A DNA stretch of 49,138 nt from Anaerolineales bacterium. Its GTDB lineage: Bacteria; Chloroflexota; Anaerolineae; Anaerolineales; UBA11579. The notes below the pieces were generated by a model that was not told the origin of the DNA, searched no databases, and was given only the letters and a program-made list of their open reading frames with translations. The DNA is taken from assembly GCA_040902265.1 (NCBI GenBank), contig JBBDXQ010000014.1, positions 1-49,138 on the forward strand, in the 5' to 3' direction. Made by a program: the position numbers and the translations under genes. Every line of letters begins with the position of its first letter. Position 1 is the first letter of the stretch. Positions 20,303-31,289 of this stretch are shown here, piece after piece.

Positions 20303-22378
20303 TCAGCTAGAAAATACCAGGTATCCGAGCATAAGCACCACGCCCAGGAAGGTGACCAGCGCGTAATTGCGTACAAAGCCGGTTTGGAAGAAACTCAGAC
20401 CTCTGGCCAGGCCGGTAGTGGTGGCTGCCAGACCATTGGCTATGCCATCGATGACACCAAGGTCAACCGGGTTTGCCAGGAAACGCGCCAGCCATTGGAA
20501 ACTGTTTACGATGAGGCTGTCGTGCACCCAATCGTGCCAAAACTTCCAGTCGACCACATTGGCCAGGAAGGCGGCCAGGCGCTGGTAAGGCTGGATGATC
20601 AGCCAGGCATACAACTCATCCACCCACCACTTATTTTCCATGCCCACGAACAAAGCTCCTAACCGCGCCTTAAGCGGATCGGTTTGGTCTGCCTTAAGTG
20701 GCTGGCGCCCGTACAGAGTCCAGGCTAAATAAATTGCACCAAGCGCCAACAGGGTGGAGAGCAGGGCTACGATCAGGCTGAACTCTGTAACGTGGGCTAA
20801 GTCATGCCCCAGTGTGTGTTCGAGCCAATCGGTGAACCAGTGCAGGCCGGGTAAATTGATCAGGCCGCCGAAAATGGAGAGTACCGCGAGAGCCACCAGG
20901 GGTAAAGTAACAACGCGCGGGCTTTCCACGGCTTTCTTGGCTGGATTGGAGCGCGCTTCACCAAAAAACACCAGCAGCACCTGGCGACCCATATAGAAGG
21001 CGGTGAGGAACGCGGCTGCGGTGAGCAAGACATAGACAAAGGGATTAGCCAGCAACGCGTCCGTCAAAATTTCGTCTTTAGAAAAGAAACCAGCCAGGGG
21101 CGGCAAGCCCGCCAAGGCCAGCGCGCCGACCAGGTAAACCCAAAAGGTCAGCGGGATCTGCTGTCGCAACCCGCCCATGCCGCGCATGTCCTGTGGGTCG
21201 AAGTGGGCTGCGTGAGCCTCTGGCTTAGCATGATGAGCGCCATTGCCGTCGATGGGATGGTGGGCGCGCTCGAGCGCCAGGATCACTGAGCCGGAGCCAA
21301 GGAAGAGTAGCGCCTTGAAGAAGGCGTGGGTGACCAAATGAAACATGCCAGCCACAAAAGCGCCCATGCCCACCGCAGCCACCATGAATCCCAATTGGCT
21401 GACGGTGGAATATGCCAACACCTTCTTTATGTCGGATTGGCCCACTGCGATGGTGGCAGCGAACAGCGCGGTCAGTCCGCCCACCACTGCCACGGTAGTC
21501 TGGGCGGCGGGCACCGCGACAAATAACGGCGCGGAGCGAGCCACCAGATACACGCCGGCAGTCACCATGGTGGCCGCATGAATCAGCGCCGAAACCGGGG
21601 TTGGGCCGGCCATGGCATCCGGAAGCCAAACGTAGAGGGGCAGCTGGGCTGATTTGCCGGTGACGCCCAGCAGCATGGCCAGGGTGATGAACAAGATGAT
21701 CCAGGGTGCAACGGACTCGGCCTGCGGCAGCACCGCGTCAAAGTTTAGCGAGCCAAACGCCCAAAAGATCATCATCATGGCTAGCAGGAACCCAAAATCA
21801 CCCACACGGTTAGCAATGAAGGCTTTCTTGGCAGCCTGTGCGTTCAATGTGCCAAACTTACCATCAGGATTGCGTGAATACCAGAAGCCAATCAACAGGA
21901 AGGAGCAAAGACCCACGCCTTCCCAACCGACGAAGAGCATCAGGTAGCTATCGCCGCTTACCAGGATCATCATGGCGGCGATGAATAAGTTCAAATAAAC
22001 GAAGAAGCGAGCGTAACTGGCGGTGTCTTCCTTGTAGCGGACATCGTAGTGCATATAACCAGCGGCGTAAATATGGATCAGCGTGCCCACCGAGGAGACC
22101 ACTAGCATCATGGTCACCGACAAGGTGTCCACGCGGAAAGCCCAAGGGACTTGCAGCACGCCGATATTGATCCAATCGCCGAGGCTGACCACCTCGCCTT
22201 CGGGATGCGCGTTGAGTGCCAGGAACTGAAGCACCGAGACGACGAACGCCCCAGTGGAAGCAGCGATGGCGATCAGCGCCGCGCCGCGCTCGCCCACCCG
22301 GCGGCCAATGGCTGCGTTGAGCAGTAAGCCGATGACTGGCAGGAATACTATCCAGGGGACCAGGTTGAACATTTCCAC
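20303..22378 (-). CDS. nuoL: NADH-quinone oxidoreductase subunit L (extended lateral helix)
   Basis: GWEGVGLCS, NRVGDFG, GKSAQLPL, AMAGPTPVSALIHAATMV, HAFFKALLF. Confidence 0.97.
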   Translation of the reverse strand: MEMFNLVPWIVFLPVIGLLLNAAIGRRVGERGAALIAIAASTGAFVVSVLQFLALNAHPEGEVVSLGDWINIGVLQVPWAFRVDTLSVTMMLVVSSVGTLIHIYAAGYMHYDVRYKEDTASYARFFVYLNLFIAAMMILVSGDSYLMLFVGWEGVGLCSFLLIGFWYSRNPDGKFGTLNAQAAKKAFIANRVGDFGFLLAMMMIFWAFGSLNFDAVLPQAESVAPWIILFITLAMLLGVTGKSAQLPLYVWLPDAMAGPTPVSALIHAATMVTAGVYLVARSAPLFVAVPAAQTTVAVVGGLTALFAATIAVGQSDIKKVLAYSTVSQLGFMVAAVGMGAFVAGMFHLVTHAFFKALLFLGSGSVILALERAHHPIDGNGAHHAKPEAHAAHFDPQDMRGMGGLRQQIPLTFWVYLVGALALAGLPPLAGFFSKDEILTDALLANPFVYVLLTAAAFLTAFYMGRQVLLVFFGEARSNPAKKAVESPRVVTLPLVALAVLSIFGGLINLPGLHWFTDWLEHTLGHDLAHVTEFSLIVALLSTLLALGAIYLAWTLYGRQPLKADQTDPLKARLGALFVGMENKWWVDELYAWLIIQPYQRLAAFLANVVDWKFWHDWVHDSLIVNSFQWLARFLANPVDLGVIDGIANGLAATTTGLARGLSFFQTGFVRNYALVTFLGVVLMLGYLVFSS

Positions 22379-22390
22379 GATTGTTCCCGG

Positions 22391-22693
22391 TTAGCCTTTC
22401 AGACTGCTGATCTCATCGATGTCAATGCTTTGCTTGGAGCGGAAGATGGCCACGATCAGCGCCAGACCCACAGCCACCTCAGCCGCGGCTACGGCGATCA
22501 CGAAAAACACATAGATCTGACCGTTGAGGGCTTCATAGCTGCGCGCAAATGCCACGAAGAGCAAGTTAGCGGCGTTCAGCATTAATTCCACCGACATGAA
22601 GATAATGATGGCATTGCGGCGAATGAGCACACCCAGCGCACCCAGGGTAAACAGAATTGCAGAGAGCGCGAAGTAATACGAAACGGGCACCAT
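22391..22693 (-). CDS. nuoK: NADH-quinone oxidoreductase subunit K
   Basis: [17 protein letters not shown]. Confidence 0.97.
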   Translation of the reverse strand: MVPVSYYFALSAILFTLGALGVLIRRNAIIIFMSVELMLNAANLLFVAFARSYEALNGQIYVFFVIAVAAAEVAVGLALIVAIFRSKQSIDIDEISSLKG

Positions 22694-22694
22694 G

Positions 22695-23210
22695 CTAATC
22701 CGCCTTCTTACGTTCTTCTTTGGTCAGGACGATCACACCCACCATGGCGACCAACAAGAGCACGGAGGTGACTTCAAATGGCAGCAGGAAATCGGTGAAC
22801 AGGGTTTCGCCAATGGCTTGCGGGCTTGCGTAGTTCGAAGCTGCCGGCTCGATCACCGCGCTCAACGCGCCGCGACCGAATATCAGATAACCGGTTTCAA
22901 TAATCAATACCAAAGCCAACAGAATAGCAATTGGGCGCTGCCAGCCGCCCTTTTGGCGCTCCTGGACCTGCTCAGCGCCTAACAGCATGATGACGAAGAG
23001 GAACAGCACCATGATGGCGCCGGCATATACAGTGACCTGAGCCATGGCTATAAAGGGCGCGCCTAGCAACAGGAAGAAAACCGCCACGGTGGCAAAATTC
23101 AATATAAGGAATAGTGCCGAATACACCGCATTGCGGCTGAGCAGCATGGCTATGGCGGCACTTACTGCCACTGCGGCCAAACCGAAGAACAATATGAGGT
23201 CGACAGTCAT
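22695..23210 (-). CDS. nuoJ: NADH-quinone oxidoreductase subunit J
   Basis: [21 protein letters not shown]. Confidence 0.96.
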   Translation of the reverse strand: MTVDLILFFGLAAVAVSAAIAMLLSRNAVYSALFLILNFATVAVFFLLLGAPFIAMAQVTVYAGAIMVLFLFVIMLLGAEQVQERQKGGWQRPIAILLALVLIIETGYLIFGRGALSAVIEPAASNYASPQAIGETLFTDFLLPFEVTSVLLLVAMVGVIVLTKEERKKAD

Positions 23211-23212
23211 AA

Positions 23213-23719
23213 CTAATCCGGGTTCTTCATCACAGGTATGGAGCGGTCGAACATGCCAGGTTCCACTTGCTGTGGAGTGGTTTTGCCGCCCGGCGGCGCG
23301 GCTTCCAGCAGCTTTTCGCGGGTGTAGATGGATTGCGAGCGATCGGTGAAGGAGAGTTCGTAGTTATCGCCCAGAATGATAGCTTCAGTCGGGCAGGCGT
23401 CTTCGCAATAACCACAGAAGATGCAGCGCAGCATATTGATCTCGTAGGTGCTGGCATAGCGCTCGCCTGGTGAAAAGCGGGCCGCGTCGGTGTTCTCTGA
23501 AGCCTCCACAAAGATAGCGTCGGCAGGGCAGGCCGCAGCGCACAACGAGCAACCGATACACTTTTCCAGGCCATTTTCATAGCGTTTGAGCACATGGCGG
23601 CCTTTGAAACGCTGGCGCACTGGGCGCTTGACCTCAGGGTATTGGTAGGTCTTAGGCCTCTCAAACATGGCCTTGAATGTGACCCACATCCCCTTGAGCA
23701 CTTCTAATAGGCCGCCCAT
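23213..23719 (-). CDS. nuoI: NADH-quinone oxidoreductase subunit I
   Basis: Two CxxCxxCxxxCP motifs; YPE. Confidence 0.97.
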   Translation of the reverse strand: MGGLLEVLKGMWVTFKAMFERPKTYQYPEVKRPVRQRFKGRHVLKRYENGLEKCIGCSLCAAACPADAIFVEASENTDAARFSPGERYASTYEINMLRCIFCGYCEDACPTEAIILGDNYELSFTDRSQSIYTREKLLEAAPPGGKTTPQQVEPGMFDRSIPVMKNPD

Positions 23720-24723
23720 CAGAGTCCAAACACCACGATGACCACCGCGGTCAGGAACACATTGGCTAACGCCAACGGGAGCAATACTTTCCAGCCAAAA
23801 CTCATCAGGCGGTCATAACGCAGGCGCGGCAGGGTTGCCCGGATCCAGATCATGATTCCCAAACTTATTACGATCTTGGCGAGCAGATAGATAGGGCCAA
23901 GCAGCGGAAACTGGTCTATAAAGGGACCGCGAAAACCGCCCAGGAATAGCGTGGCAAAAATGGCGCTCACCGCGGCCATCTTAATGTACTCGCCCATGAA
24001 GAATAAGGCGAACTTCATGCCCGAGTATTCCGTGTGATACCCGGCAGTCAGTTCCTGCTCCGCTTCGGGCATATCGAAGGGGGAGCGATTCACTTCAGCC
24101 AGGGCGGCTACGTAGAAGATAAAGGCGCCGATGGGCTGCAGCAGGATGTACCAGAGGCCGCGCTGCGCGTCGACGATATCGACCATGCTCATCGAGCCGG
24201 CCAACAGGATGGGTCCCACGAAAGACAGGCCAAGCGCCAATTCATAACTTACCATCTGGGCAGAGGAACGCAGACCACCCATCATGGAATATTTATTATT
24301 CGAGGACCACCCCGCCAACACGATGCCATAAACTGAAATTGAAGCCACCGAAAGGATGTAGAGAACGGCAACATTGATATCGGCGATCCCTAGTAGGATT
24401 GTGCGCCCGAATAATTCGATGCTGCTGCCCCAGGGAACCACCGCCATAATGACCAGAGCGGGGACCACGGTAATGATCGGGGCTAAAATAAAAATGGCTT
24501 TGTAAGCCTTCGCCGGGATCAACTCTTCTTTGAAGATCAATTTGATCCCATCCGCCAGAGGCTGCAGTAACCCCCAGGGTCCCACGCGGTTTGGCCCGAT
24601 ACGCACCTGGATGCGGGCAGCCAGTTTGCGTTCATACAAAGTGGTGTAGGCAAAGCCGGTCACCAGGATGGCGAGCAATATGCCGCTCTTCACCACCCAC
24701 TCCACGATCAGCCAAAGATCCAT
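23719..24723 (-). CDS. nuoH: NADH-quinone oxidoreductase subunit H
   Basis: ERK...[32 protein letters not shown]. Confidence 0.97.
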   Translation of the reverse strand: MDLWLIVEWVVKSGILLAILVTGFAYTTLYERKLAARIQVRIGPNRVGPWGLLQPLADGIKLIFKEELIPAKAYKAIFILAPIITVVPALVIMAVVPWGSSIELFGRTILLGIADINVAVLYILSVASISVYGIVLAGWSSNNKYSMMGGLRSSAQMVSYELALGLSFVGPILLAGSMSMVDIVDAQRGLWYILLQPIGAFIFYVAALAEVNRSPFDMPEAEQELTAGYHTEYSGMKFALFFMGEYIKMAAVSAIFATLFLGGFRGPFIDQFPLLGPIYLLAKIVISLGIMIWIRATLPRLRYDRLMSFGWKVLLPLALANVFLTAVVIVVFGL

Positions 24724-27263
24724 TAGCGCTCCACCGTCACGGAGGTTGGCACGCTGATGGGCAAACCCACGCTGCGCGGAATGAGAACCACCCCTTTAGG
24801 CAGGCTATTGTCGATGTGCGCGGTCACGGTAGATTGGGTGCCGTTCAGAGTCAGCTTGGCTGATGTGCCCGGCTCCAGGCTCAGACGTTCGGCATCCTCG
24901 GGATTAAGCACCACTTGGGGAGCTTGCAACCGAGCGCCGAGTAACTTGGATGTCACTACGGTATTCCCTCGGTCATATAAGCGATTGATAGGCACGGCCA
25001 CCAGACCTTCGCGCGCCCCGCCTTCCGACAGGGCGGTGAAGGCCAGTGCTGGATTATGACCGCGTTCGGCGGCGCTGCTCAATTGCACGCCAAGGCCTTG
25101 GCTATTTTCGTAGGTGGTGCCGCCATAATACATATCCTGGCGGCCAACAATAGGCCACTGCTCGGTTACCTGTGCTAATTTTCCATAATCCAGATCATTG
25201 TAGGCTTCGGTGACAGGCGCCAGTTGCTTGAAGACCAGCGAGGCCAGTTTGACTTCAAGATCCAAACCAATTACCGCGGCTAACTGGGCGGTAATGCTAA
25301 AATCGGCGCGAGCCTCACCAGAAGCCGACACCGCAGGGTAGTAACGCTGCACGCGGCGCTCACCCGAAGTGGTGCTGCCCTCGCGTTCCGTAAACGCCTG
25401 GGCGGGCAGCACGATATCGGCAGCCTGCGCTGTCTTGGTGAGGGCCAGTTCCTGTACGATGACGAATTGGGCTGCGTCCACCGCGGCAGCCAGTTGCGGA
25501 TCATCGCCCGCCGGGTCAGCGCCGACAATATAGAGCACACTGGCTTCCTTCAACTTTGAGGACAACTCCGCGCTAGGGTGCAGATCCTGATCCCAAGCCC
25601 CTTGGACATTGCCCTTGTCCCACACCGGCACCAGACCGTTACTCGCCCGTCCCACATGGCCGGTAGCGATCAGCAGATTGGCGGCCGCGTTGGCCAGCGC
25701 TTGCGAAGCAATCAGATCAGTGCCCTCACTGCCATAAAACACGATCAGGTTTTCAGCCTGTGAAAGATCCTGGGCGGCGGCTTTCAATTCATCACCGCGC
25801 AATAATTTCTTTACTGTTTCCGGCTGGTCCGGACGTTTGGGTGAAAAGCTATCCAGTATGGCATACAGCAGAGCGGCCTCTTCGCCAACACCATATCGCA
25901 GCACATAGTTGGCCGAACGATCCAGCTTGGTGCGCCGCAGGTTGGCCACAACTAGAGTTGCGCCGCGTTCGGCGGCCTGCTTGACGCGCAGCCACCACAA
26001 AGGCGCTTCCTCTTCAAGGTCGCTGGCGATCACCAGAATGGCAGAACCAGCGCCCAGGTCGCCCAGATTGGTGCCGGTGCCCAAACCCACTTGCGCCACC
26101 AGGTCTCCGCCGGCCATGTTGCTGTACAGCAAAGCAGAACCATTGGCTTTGCTGCTTAGCTGCCTGATCTGAAAATAATCTTCATTGCTCAAGCGCCCGC
26201 CGGCCAGGCTAACCAATTTACTACCGGCGTCCTTAACCTTGGCCGCCGCGGCCGCCAGGGCTTCATCCCAGGAAACAGGTGTAAGCTGGCCGCCCTTACG
26301 CAACATCGGTTGGGTGACACGATTCTCAGCCTCGGTGTAGTGATAAGCAAAGCGGCCCTTGTCGCAGATCCAGATCTCGTTTACTTGCTCATTCTGGCGC
26401 GGCATCACACGTTTCACTACTTGGTGGCCGCCTGCCTTGGCTTCCCGCCGGGTATTAAGCGTGGTATTGCAATTAACCGGGCAATGGGTGCAGATGGAAG
26501 CGACCGGCTTCAGTTCCCACGGCCGTGAACCAAAACGGAAATCGGCGGTGGTCAGCGCACCCACCGGACAAATATCCGTGGTGTTCCCGGACCAGTACGA
26601 ATCGAAACCCGGCTCCGAGAACGTGATTATCTCCAGGGCGCGCCCGCGTTGGGAGAAGCCAATCACCGGGTCATCCACCAGCTCGGTTTGGAAGCGCGTG
26701 CAGCGCGCGCATTGGATGCAACGCTCGCGGTCCAGGAAGATCAGCTCACCCAGAGGCACATGTTTATCCAGGCGCTTCTTTTCGGAGTAGATATAGCGGC
26801 TGCTCCCAGGCCCAAAACGCATGGTCAGGTTCTGCAGCGGGCACTCGCCTCCTTTGTCGCAGATCGGGCAATCCAGTGGGTGCGAGGTGAGTAGGAACTC
26901 CAATACCTCGCCGCGAGCTGCCTTTACTTTTTCGGTGTAACCGCGCACCACCATGCCTTCGGCCACCGGCACCGTGCAACCCGTTTCTAGCTTGGAGGCA
27001 AATTGGACCTGCAGAGTACCATCCTCCGCCAGCACAGGTTGGCCGGTGGCACGGTCGGTAACCGGGCGGCCGACTTCTACCAGGCACATGCGGCACATAC
27101 CCACCGGCTCCATCTTAGGGTGATAACAAAATACTGGGATATCAATGCCAGCCTGTTTGGCGGCATCCACCACCAGAGTGCCTGGCTTCACTTTGATCTC
27201 GAGATCGTCAATGGTCAGAGTAACCAGTTGCTCAACAGCTTGGGTGGCAATCAGGTCGCTCAT
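24723..27263 (-). CDS. nuoG: NADH-quinone oxidoreductase subunit G (with N7 cluster motif)
   Basis: CYHP..CRMC (N1b), HPLDCPICDKGGEC (N5), CIQCARC..C (N4), CTHCPVNC..C (N7). Confidence 0.96.
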   Translation of the reverse strand: MSDLIATQAVEQLVTLTIDDLEIKVKPGTLVVDAAKQAGIDIPVFCYHPKMEPVGMCRMCLVEVGRPVTDRATGQPVLAEDGTLQVQFASKLETGCTVPVAEGMVVRGYTEKVKAARGEVLEFLLTSHPLDCPICDKGGECPLQNLTMRFGPGSSRYIYSEKKRLDKHVPLGELIFLDRERCIQCARCTRFQTELVDDPVIGFSQRGRALEIITFSEPGFDSYWSGNTTDICPVGALTTADFRFGSRPWELKPVASICTHCPVNCNTTLNTRREAKAGGHQVVKRVMPRQNEQVNEIWICDKGRFAYHYTEAENRVTQPMLRKGGQLTPVSWDEALAAAAAKVKDAGSKLVSLAGGRLSNEDYFQIRQLSSKANGSALLYSNMAGGDLVAQVGLGTGTNLGDLGAGSAILVIASDLEEEAPLWWLRVKQAAERGATLVVANLRRTKLDRSANYVLRYGVGEEAALLYAILDSFSPKRPDQPETVKKLLRGDELKAAAQDLSQAENLIVFYGSEGTDLIASQALANAAANLLIATGHVGRASNGLVPVWDKGNVQGAWDQDLHPSAELSSKLKEASVLYIVGADPAGDDPQLAAAVDAAQFVIVQELALTKTAQAADIVLPAQAFTEREGSTTSGERRVQRYYPAVSASGEARADFSITAQLAAVIGLDLEVKLASLVFKQLAPVTEAYNDLDYGKLAQVTEQWPIVGRQDMYYGGTTYENSQGLGVQLSSAAERGHNPALAFTALSEGGAREGLVAVPINRLYDRGNTVVTSKLLGARLQAPQVVLNPEDAERLSLEPGTSAKLTLNGTQSTVTAHIDNSLPKGVVLIPRSVGLPISVPTSVTVER

Positions 27264-27264
27264 C

Positions 27265-28545
27265 TCAAGCGCTCACTTTGTTTGTCGCGGCCACCGGCGC
27301 CACCTGGGTTTTGGCTTCGAAGTCGCTGCGGAAACGTTCGATGCTAGAGGTCACAGCCTCAGTGGCAAAATCACCCAAAGCGCAAAGGCATTTACCCTTA
27401 ATGCTGGTAGCAACTTCATTCAATAGAATTACGTCGCTCCAATTCGCACCGCCGCCATGAATGCGCTCGGTTAGGTGCTTCATCCAATAAGTGCCTTCGC
27501 GGCAGGGGGTGCACTTGCCGCATGACTCGTGCTGAAAGAAATGCATGGTTTTGTTGATCAGCCAATCCATGCTGACCGAATCGTCAATGACGATCACCGA
27601 TGCAGAACCCAGCATGGCGCCTACACTGGGCACGTTCTCGTAATCCATAGGGGTATCCAGGGCTTTATCGTCGGCCACGATCAATGAGGACGAAGCGCCA
27701 GCGGGCATGATGGCTTTGATCTTGCGCCCGCCAGGGATGCCGCCTCCATGGGTAAAGATCAATTCGCGGAAGGTAGCGCCCAGTGGTAATTCGTAGTTGC
27801 CGGGCTTCTCCACGTTGCCGCACAGGCTGAACACTTTGGTGCCTGGGCTTTTTTCCGTACCGAAAGTGCGGAACCATTCAGCGCCGCGCTCGAGGATCAG
27901 CGGCACGCTCGCCAGGGTTTCCACATTATTCACTACGGTGGGCTTGCCATACAACCCGAAGCTGGGAGGGAACGGCGGGCGCAGCCGTGGCTGCCCCAGC
28001 TTACCTTCCAACGATTCGAGCAAGGCGGTCTCTTCGCCGCAGATGTAAGCGCCGGCGCCCAGGTGGGTATAGATGCGCAGGCCGTACTCGGTGCCGAACA
28101 GCTTTTCGCCCAATAAATTCTCGCGTTCCAAATACTCAATGTGTTTATCCAATTCGGCGGCCAGCTGCCAAAATTCACCGCGCAAATAAATGTAGGCAGT
28201 GTTGGCGCTGATGGCAAATGCGCACAGCATCACCCCTTCCAAAAATTGGAAGGGGTTGGATTCCATGATCTCGCGATCTTTGAATGTACCCGGCTCGGAC
28301 TCGTCGGCGTTCACCGCTACATAATGCGGCCAGTTCTTCATGTCAATGAATGACCATTTCAAACCGGTGGGGAAACCGGCTCCACCGCGGCCGCGCAAGC
28401 CTGAAGCCTTGACGATCTCGGTGACTTCGACCGGTTGCATGCTGGTCACCGCGCGCTGGAAGGTTTCAAAGCCCTTGTGCTGCCGGTAGATTGGCAGTTG
28501 GTCGATGTTGGCGATCTGGCGGTGGCGCAGCAGGATCTCGTTCAT
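27265..28545 (-). CDS. nuoF: NADH-quinone oxidoreductase subunit F
   Basis: GRGGAGFPTG, NADESEPG, YICGEETAL, ESCGKCTPCREG; real start ATG 28545 overlaps the nuoE stop (ATGA). Confidence 0.96.
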   Translation of the reverse strand: MNEILLRHRQIANIDQLPIYRQHKGFETFQRAVTSMQPVEVTEIVKASGLRGRGGAGFPTGLKWSFIDMKNWPHYVAVNADESEPGTFKDREIMESNPFQFLEGVMLCAFAISANTAYIYLRGEFWQLAAELDKHIEYLERENLLGEKLFGTEYGLRIYTHLGAGAYICGEETALLESLEGKLGQPRLRPPFPPSFGLYGKPTVVNNVETLASVPLILERGAEWFRTFGTEKSPGTKVFSLCGNVEKPGNYELPLGATFRELIFTHGGGIPGGRKIKAIMPAGASSSLIVADDKALDTPMDYENVPSVGAMLGSASVIVIDDSVSMDWLINKTMHFFQHESCGKCTPCREGTYWMKHLTERIHGGGANWSDVILLNEVATSIKGKCLCALGDFATEAVTSSIERFRSDFEAKTQVAPVAATNKVSA

Positions 28546-29045
28546 TTGCCGTTCCCCTGCCGCCAGCCCTGAACCAGCAGCATGGCGCGGTCCACGGTCT
28601 GTTCTTCGTGATAACTGATCTCGGAGCGGCTTTGCACCTGGAACACAGGAGCCCGATGGCAGGCTGCCAGACACATCACGGCTTCTACCGTAACTTGCCC
28701 GTCTGCGGTGGTTTCGCCGGGCTTCACCTCCAAACGCTGGCAGAGATGGTCGAGGAACACATCTGCACCGCGCAGAGCGCAAGGCAGATCGTTACATACC
28801 TGGATGCGATATTTCCCAGCGGGCTGGTCGTGGTACAGGGTATAAAAACCGACGATCGAAGCCACATCGGTGGAGGAAATGCCAAGGATCTCGCCGATCT
28901 GGTCCAACTGCTCACGAGTCACATATCCATGTTCACGCTGGGCTATGTAGAGCAGCGGCATGACTGCCGAGCGTTTCTGGTCTGGCGGGTACTTGGCCAG
29001 CACGCGCTCGATGTCTTCGTCATAGCGTTGGCGTAGTGCGTTCAT
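28542..29045 (-). CDS. nuoE: NADH-quinone oxidoreductase subunit E
   Basis: FYTLY, CNDLPC, CLAAC 2Fe-2S ligands. Confidence 0.96.
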   Translation of the reverse strand: MNALRQRYDEDIERVLAKYPPDQKRSAVMPLLYIAQREHGYVTREQLDQIGEILGISSTDVASIVGFYTLYHDQPAGKYRIQVCNDLPCALRGADVFLDHLCQRLEVKPGETTADGQVTVEAVMCLAACHRAPVFQVQSRSEISYHEEQTVDRAMLLVQGWRQGNGK

Positions 29046-30283
29046 CGGTCCACGTCTCCTAAAACGATGTCGACGCTGCCGATAATTGCCACCAGGTCGG
29101 CAACTAAATGGCCCTTGGAGAGCAGCGGCACGATTTGCAAGTTAATGAAGGACGGCGTTCGCCAATAGCAACGATAGGGGCGCGGACCGCCATCGCCTTC
29201 CAAAAACACGCCCAGTTCCCCGCGGGGGGACTCGACGGGGACATACACCGAAGCCCTTGGTGCTGGAAACCCTTCCGTCCATAGCTTGAAATGGTGGATC
29301 ACGGCCTCCATGCTGGTGCCTAATTCTGACCGCGGCGGAGGTACGAACTTGCGGTTATTGCTGCGCACCGACCCCTTAGGCAGCTTTTCCAGCGCCTGGT
29401 GCACGATGCGCAGCGACTGGCGGAACTCTTGCATGCGCACCCAATAGCGGGCGTACACGTCGCCTTCGGTGGCCACCGGTACGTCGAAGTCATATTGTTC
29501 GTAACCGGAATATGGCTCATCCTTGCGCAGGTCGTAAGCCAGTCCGGACGCGCGCAGGGGAGGGCCGGTGATCCCCCAGGCCACGCCGGTTTCAACGGAC
29601 ATCACGCCGATATCCTTGGTGCGGTCAAGGAATATGGGATTCTTACTTAACAGGGTTTCGTATTCGTCGACGCGCCGTGGGAAGTCGTCAATAAAATCGC
29701 GTACGGCAGCCTCAAAGCCATCGGGCACATCACGCCATAGGCCGCCTGGGCGAAAATAGGTGGTCATCATGCGCTGCCCTGAGCACATTTCCATAATGTC
29801 CAGAATTCGCTCGCGCTGATTGAAACAATAAAAGAACACGGACATGGCGGCCAGGTCTAGGGCATGTGTGCCCAGCCAGACCAAGTGCGATGAGATGCGC
29901 TGCAGTTCGGCAAATATCACGCGGATGGCCTGGGCACGCTCGGGCACATCCAGGTCCACCAATTTCTCCACCGCCAGGCAGTAAGCCAAGTTGTTACCCA
30001 TGGTATTGAGGTAGTCGAGGCGATCGGTCATTGTCTCTGATTTTTCATAGGTCTTGAATTCGATATTTTTCTCGATCCCGGTGTGCAGGTAGCCTACATC
30101 TGGGATGCAGGAGACCACGGTTTCGCCGTCTAGTTCCAGCAGCAGGCGCAGCACGCCATGCGTGCTGGGGTGCTGCGGACCCATGTTGAGCAGCATGGTC
30201 TCGCCTTCCATAGCACGGCTGGAGACCAGGTGGCGCAGTTCGTCGGTGGTGATTTCCAATTGCTGGATTGTCACGCCAATCAA
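29042..30283 (-). CDS. nuoD: NADH-quinone oxidoreductase subunit D
   Basis: NMGPQHPSTHGVLRL, DRLDY, ESPRGE, C-terminal GDVDR. Confidence 0.97.
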   Translation of the reverse strand: MIGVTIQQLEITTDELRHLVSSRAMEGETMLLNMGPQHPSTHGVLRLLLELDGETVVSCIPDVGYLHTGIEKNIEFKTYEKSETMTDRLDYLNTMGNNLAYCLAVEKLVDLDVPERAQAIRVIFAELQRISSHLVWLGTHALDLAAMSVFFYCFNQRERILDIMEMCSGQRMMTTYFRPGGLWRDVPDGFEAAVRDFIDDFPRRVDEYETLLSKNPIFLDRTKDIGVMSVETGVAWGITGPPLRASGLAYDLRKDEPYSGYEQYDFDVPVATEGDVYARYWVRMQEFRQSLRIVHQALEKLPKGSVRSNNRKFVPPPRSELGTSMEAVIHHFKLWTEGFPAPRASVYVPVESPRGELGVFLEGDGGPRPYRCYWRTPSFINLQIVPLLSKGHLVADLVAIIGSVDIVLGDVDR

Positions 30284-30792
30284 TCCTTCGGGCGCGGTTT
30301 GCGCTGTTCTATTTCTTCGAAGTTAAAACTGAACTGCACTTCTTCATATCCTAGCGGGTAATCCTTCCGCAGCGGATGCCCAACCCAATCCTCGGGCATC
30401 AGGATGCGGCGTAAGTCCGGGTGGTTCTTGATGCGCAGCCCAAACATATCCCAAAGCTCACGCTCATGCCAGTTGGCATTGGGAAAGACCGCGCAAATGC
30501 TTTCCAACTCGGGCTCATCCCCATCCAATGGCACACGCACTTCCAGGCGCAACTTTTGGGTTATATTCTTGAACTGGTATACAACATGGAAGCGTGGTTG
30601 GTGTTGGGGCCAATAGTCCACTGCACTCAACGCGGCCAGCATGTTGAAACCGTGCGCATCGCGCAGAGCTCTTGTGGCTTCCACAATTTGGCCGGGGGGC
30701 AGCAACAACGAAGCCTGGCCGCGGAATTCGCTGCCTGTGCTCCCAAAGGATGATTCTAAGTTCTGGATGATGGTCTGCAAGGCGCTATTCAT
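30280..30792 (-). CDS. nuoC: NADH-quinone oxidoreductase subunit C
   Basis: ERELWDMFG, HPDLRRIL, HPLRKDYP. Confidence 0.97.
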   Translation of the reverse strand: MNSALQTIIQNLESSFGSTGSEFRGQASLLLPPGQIVEATRALRDAHGFNMLAALSAVDYWPQHQPRFHVVYQFKNITQKLRLEVRVPLDGDEPELESICAVFPNANWHERELWDMFGLRIKNHPDLRRILMPEDWVGHPLRKDYPLGYEEVQFSFNFEEIEQRKPRPKD

Positions 30793-30806
30793 AGTAGGAA
30801 ACCCAA

Positions 30807-31289
30807 CTAAGCCCAGTCTCTGATCTTTTCGCCCCTTACCTTTTCGTGCAAGGTCATTATCCCGTGGATCAATGCTTCGGGGCGCGGCGGGCAGCCGGCC
30901 ACGTACACATCCACCGGCACAATCTCATCCACGCCCTGCACAATGGCGTAATTGTTGAAAACGCCGCCGCAGGAAGCGCAATCCCCCATGGAGACCACCC
31001 ATTTAGGCGCCGGCATCTGATCGTATAGGCGGCGCAAAACGGGCGCCATTTTGCGACTAAGGCGCCCGGCAACGATCATAAGGTCCGATTGGCGAGGGCT
31101 GGCGCGCATCAATTCCATACCGAAGCGGCTCATGTCGTAATCCGGCGCCTGAGAGCCCATCATCTCGATGGCGCAGCAGGCCAAACCGAAGAGCATGGGC
31201 CACATAGCACCGGTGCGGCCCCAGTTGACTACTTTTTCCAGTGAAGTGGTAACGATGCCCAGGTTCCCCAGCTTGCTTTCTATTCCCAA
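30807..31289 (-). CDS. nuoB: NADH-quinone oxidoreductase subunit B
   Basis: [28 protein letters not shown]; likely TTG start at 31289 (track gives 31310). Confidence 0.96.
   Translation of the reverse strand: MGIESKLGNLGIVTTSLEKVVNWGRTGAMWPMLFGLACCAIEMMGSQAPDYDMSRFGMELMRASPRQSDLMIVAGRLSRKMAPVLRRLYDQMPAPKWVVSMGDCASCGGVFNNYAIVQGVDEIVPVDVYVAGCPPRPEALIHGIMTLHEKVRGEKIRDWA

Noticed and set aside
21200-21270. His-rich loop in NuoL
   Set aside because: Variable His-rich loops are common in NuoL; not distinctive.
28546-28782. N-terminal extension of NuoF in the ORF track
   Set aside because: Overlaps nuoE in another frame; ATG 28545 gives a normal NuoF with ATGA coupling.
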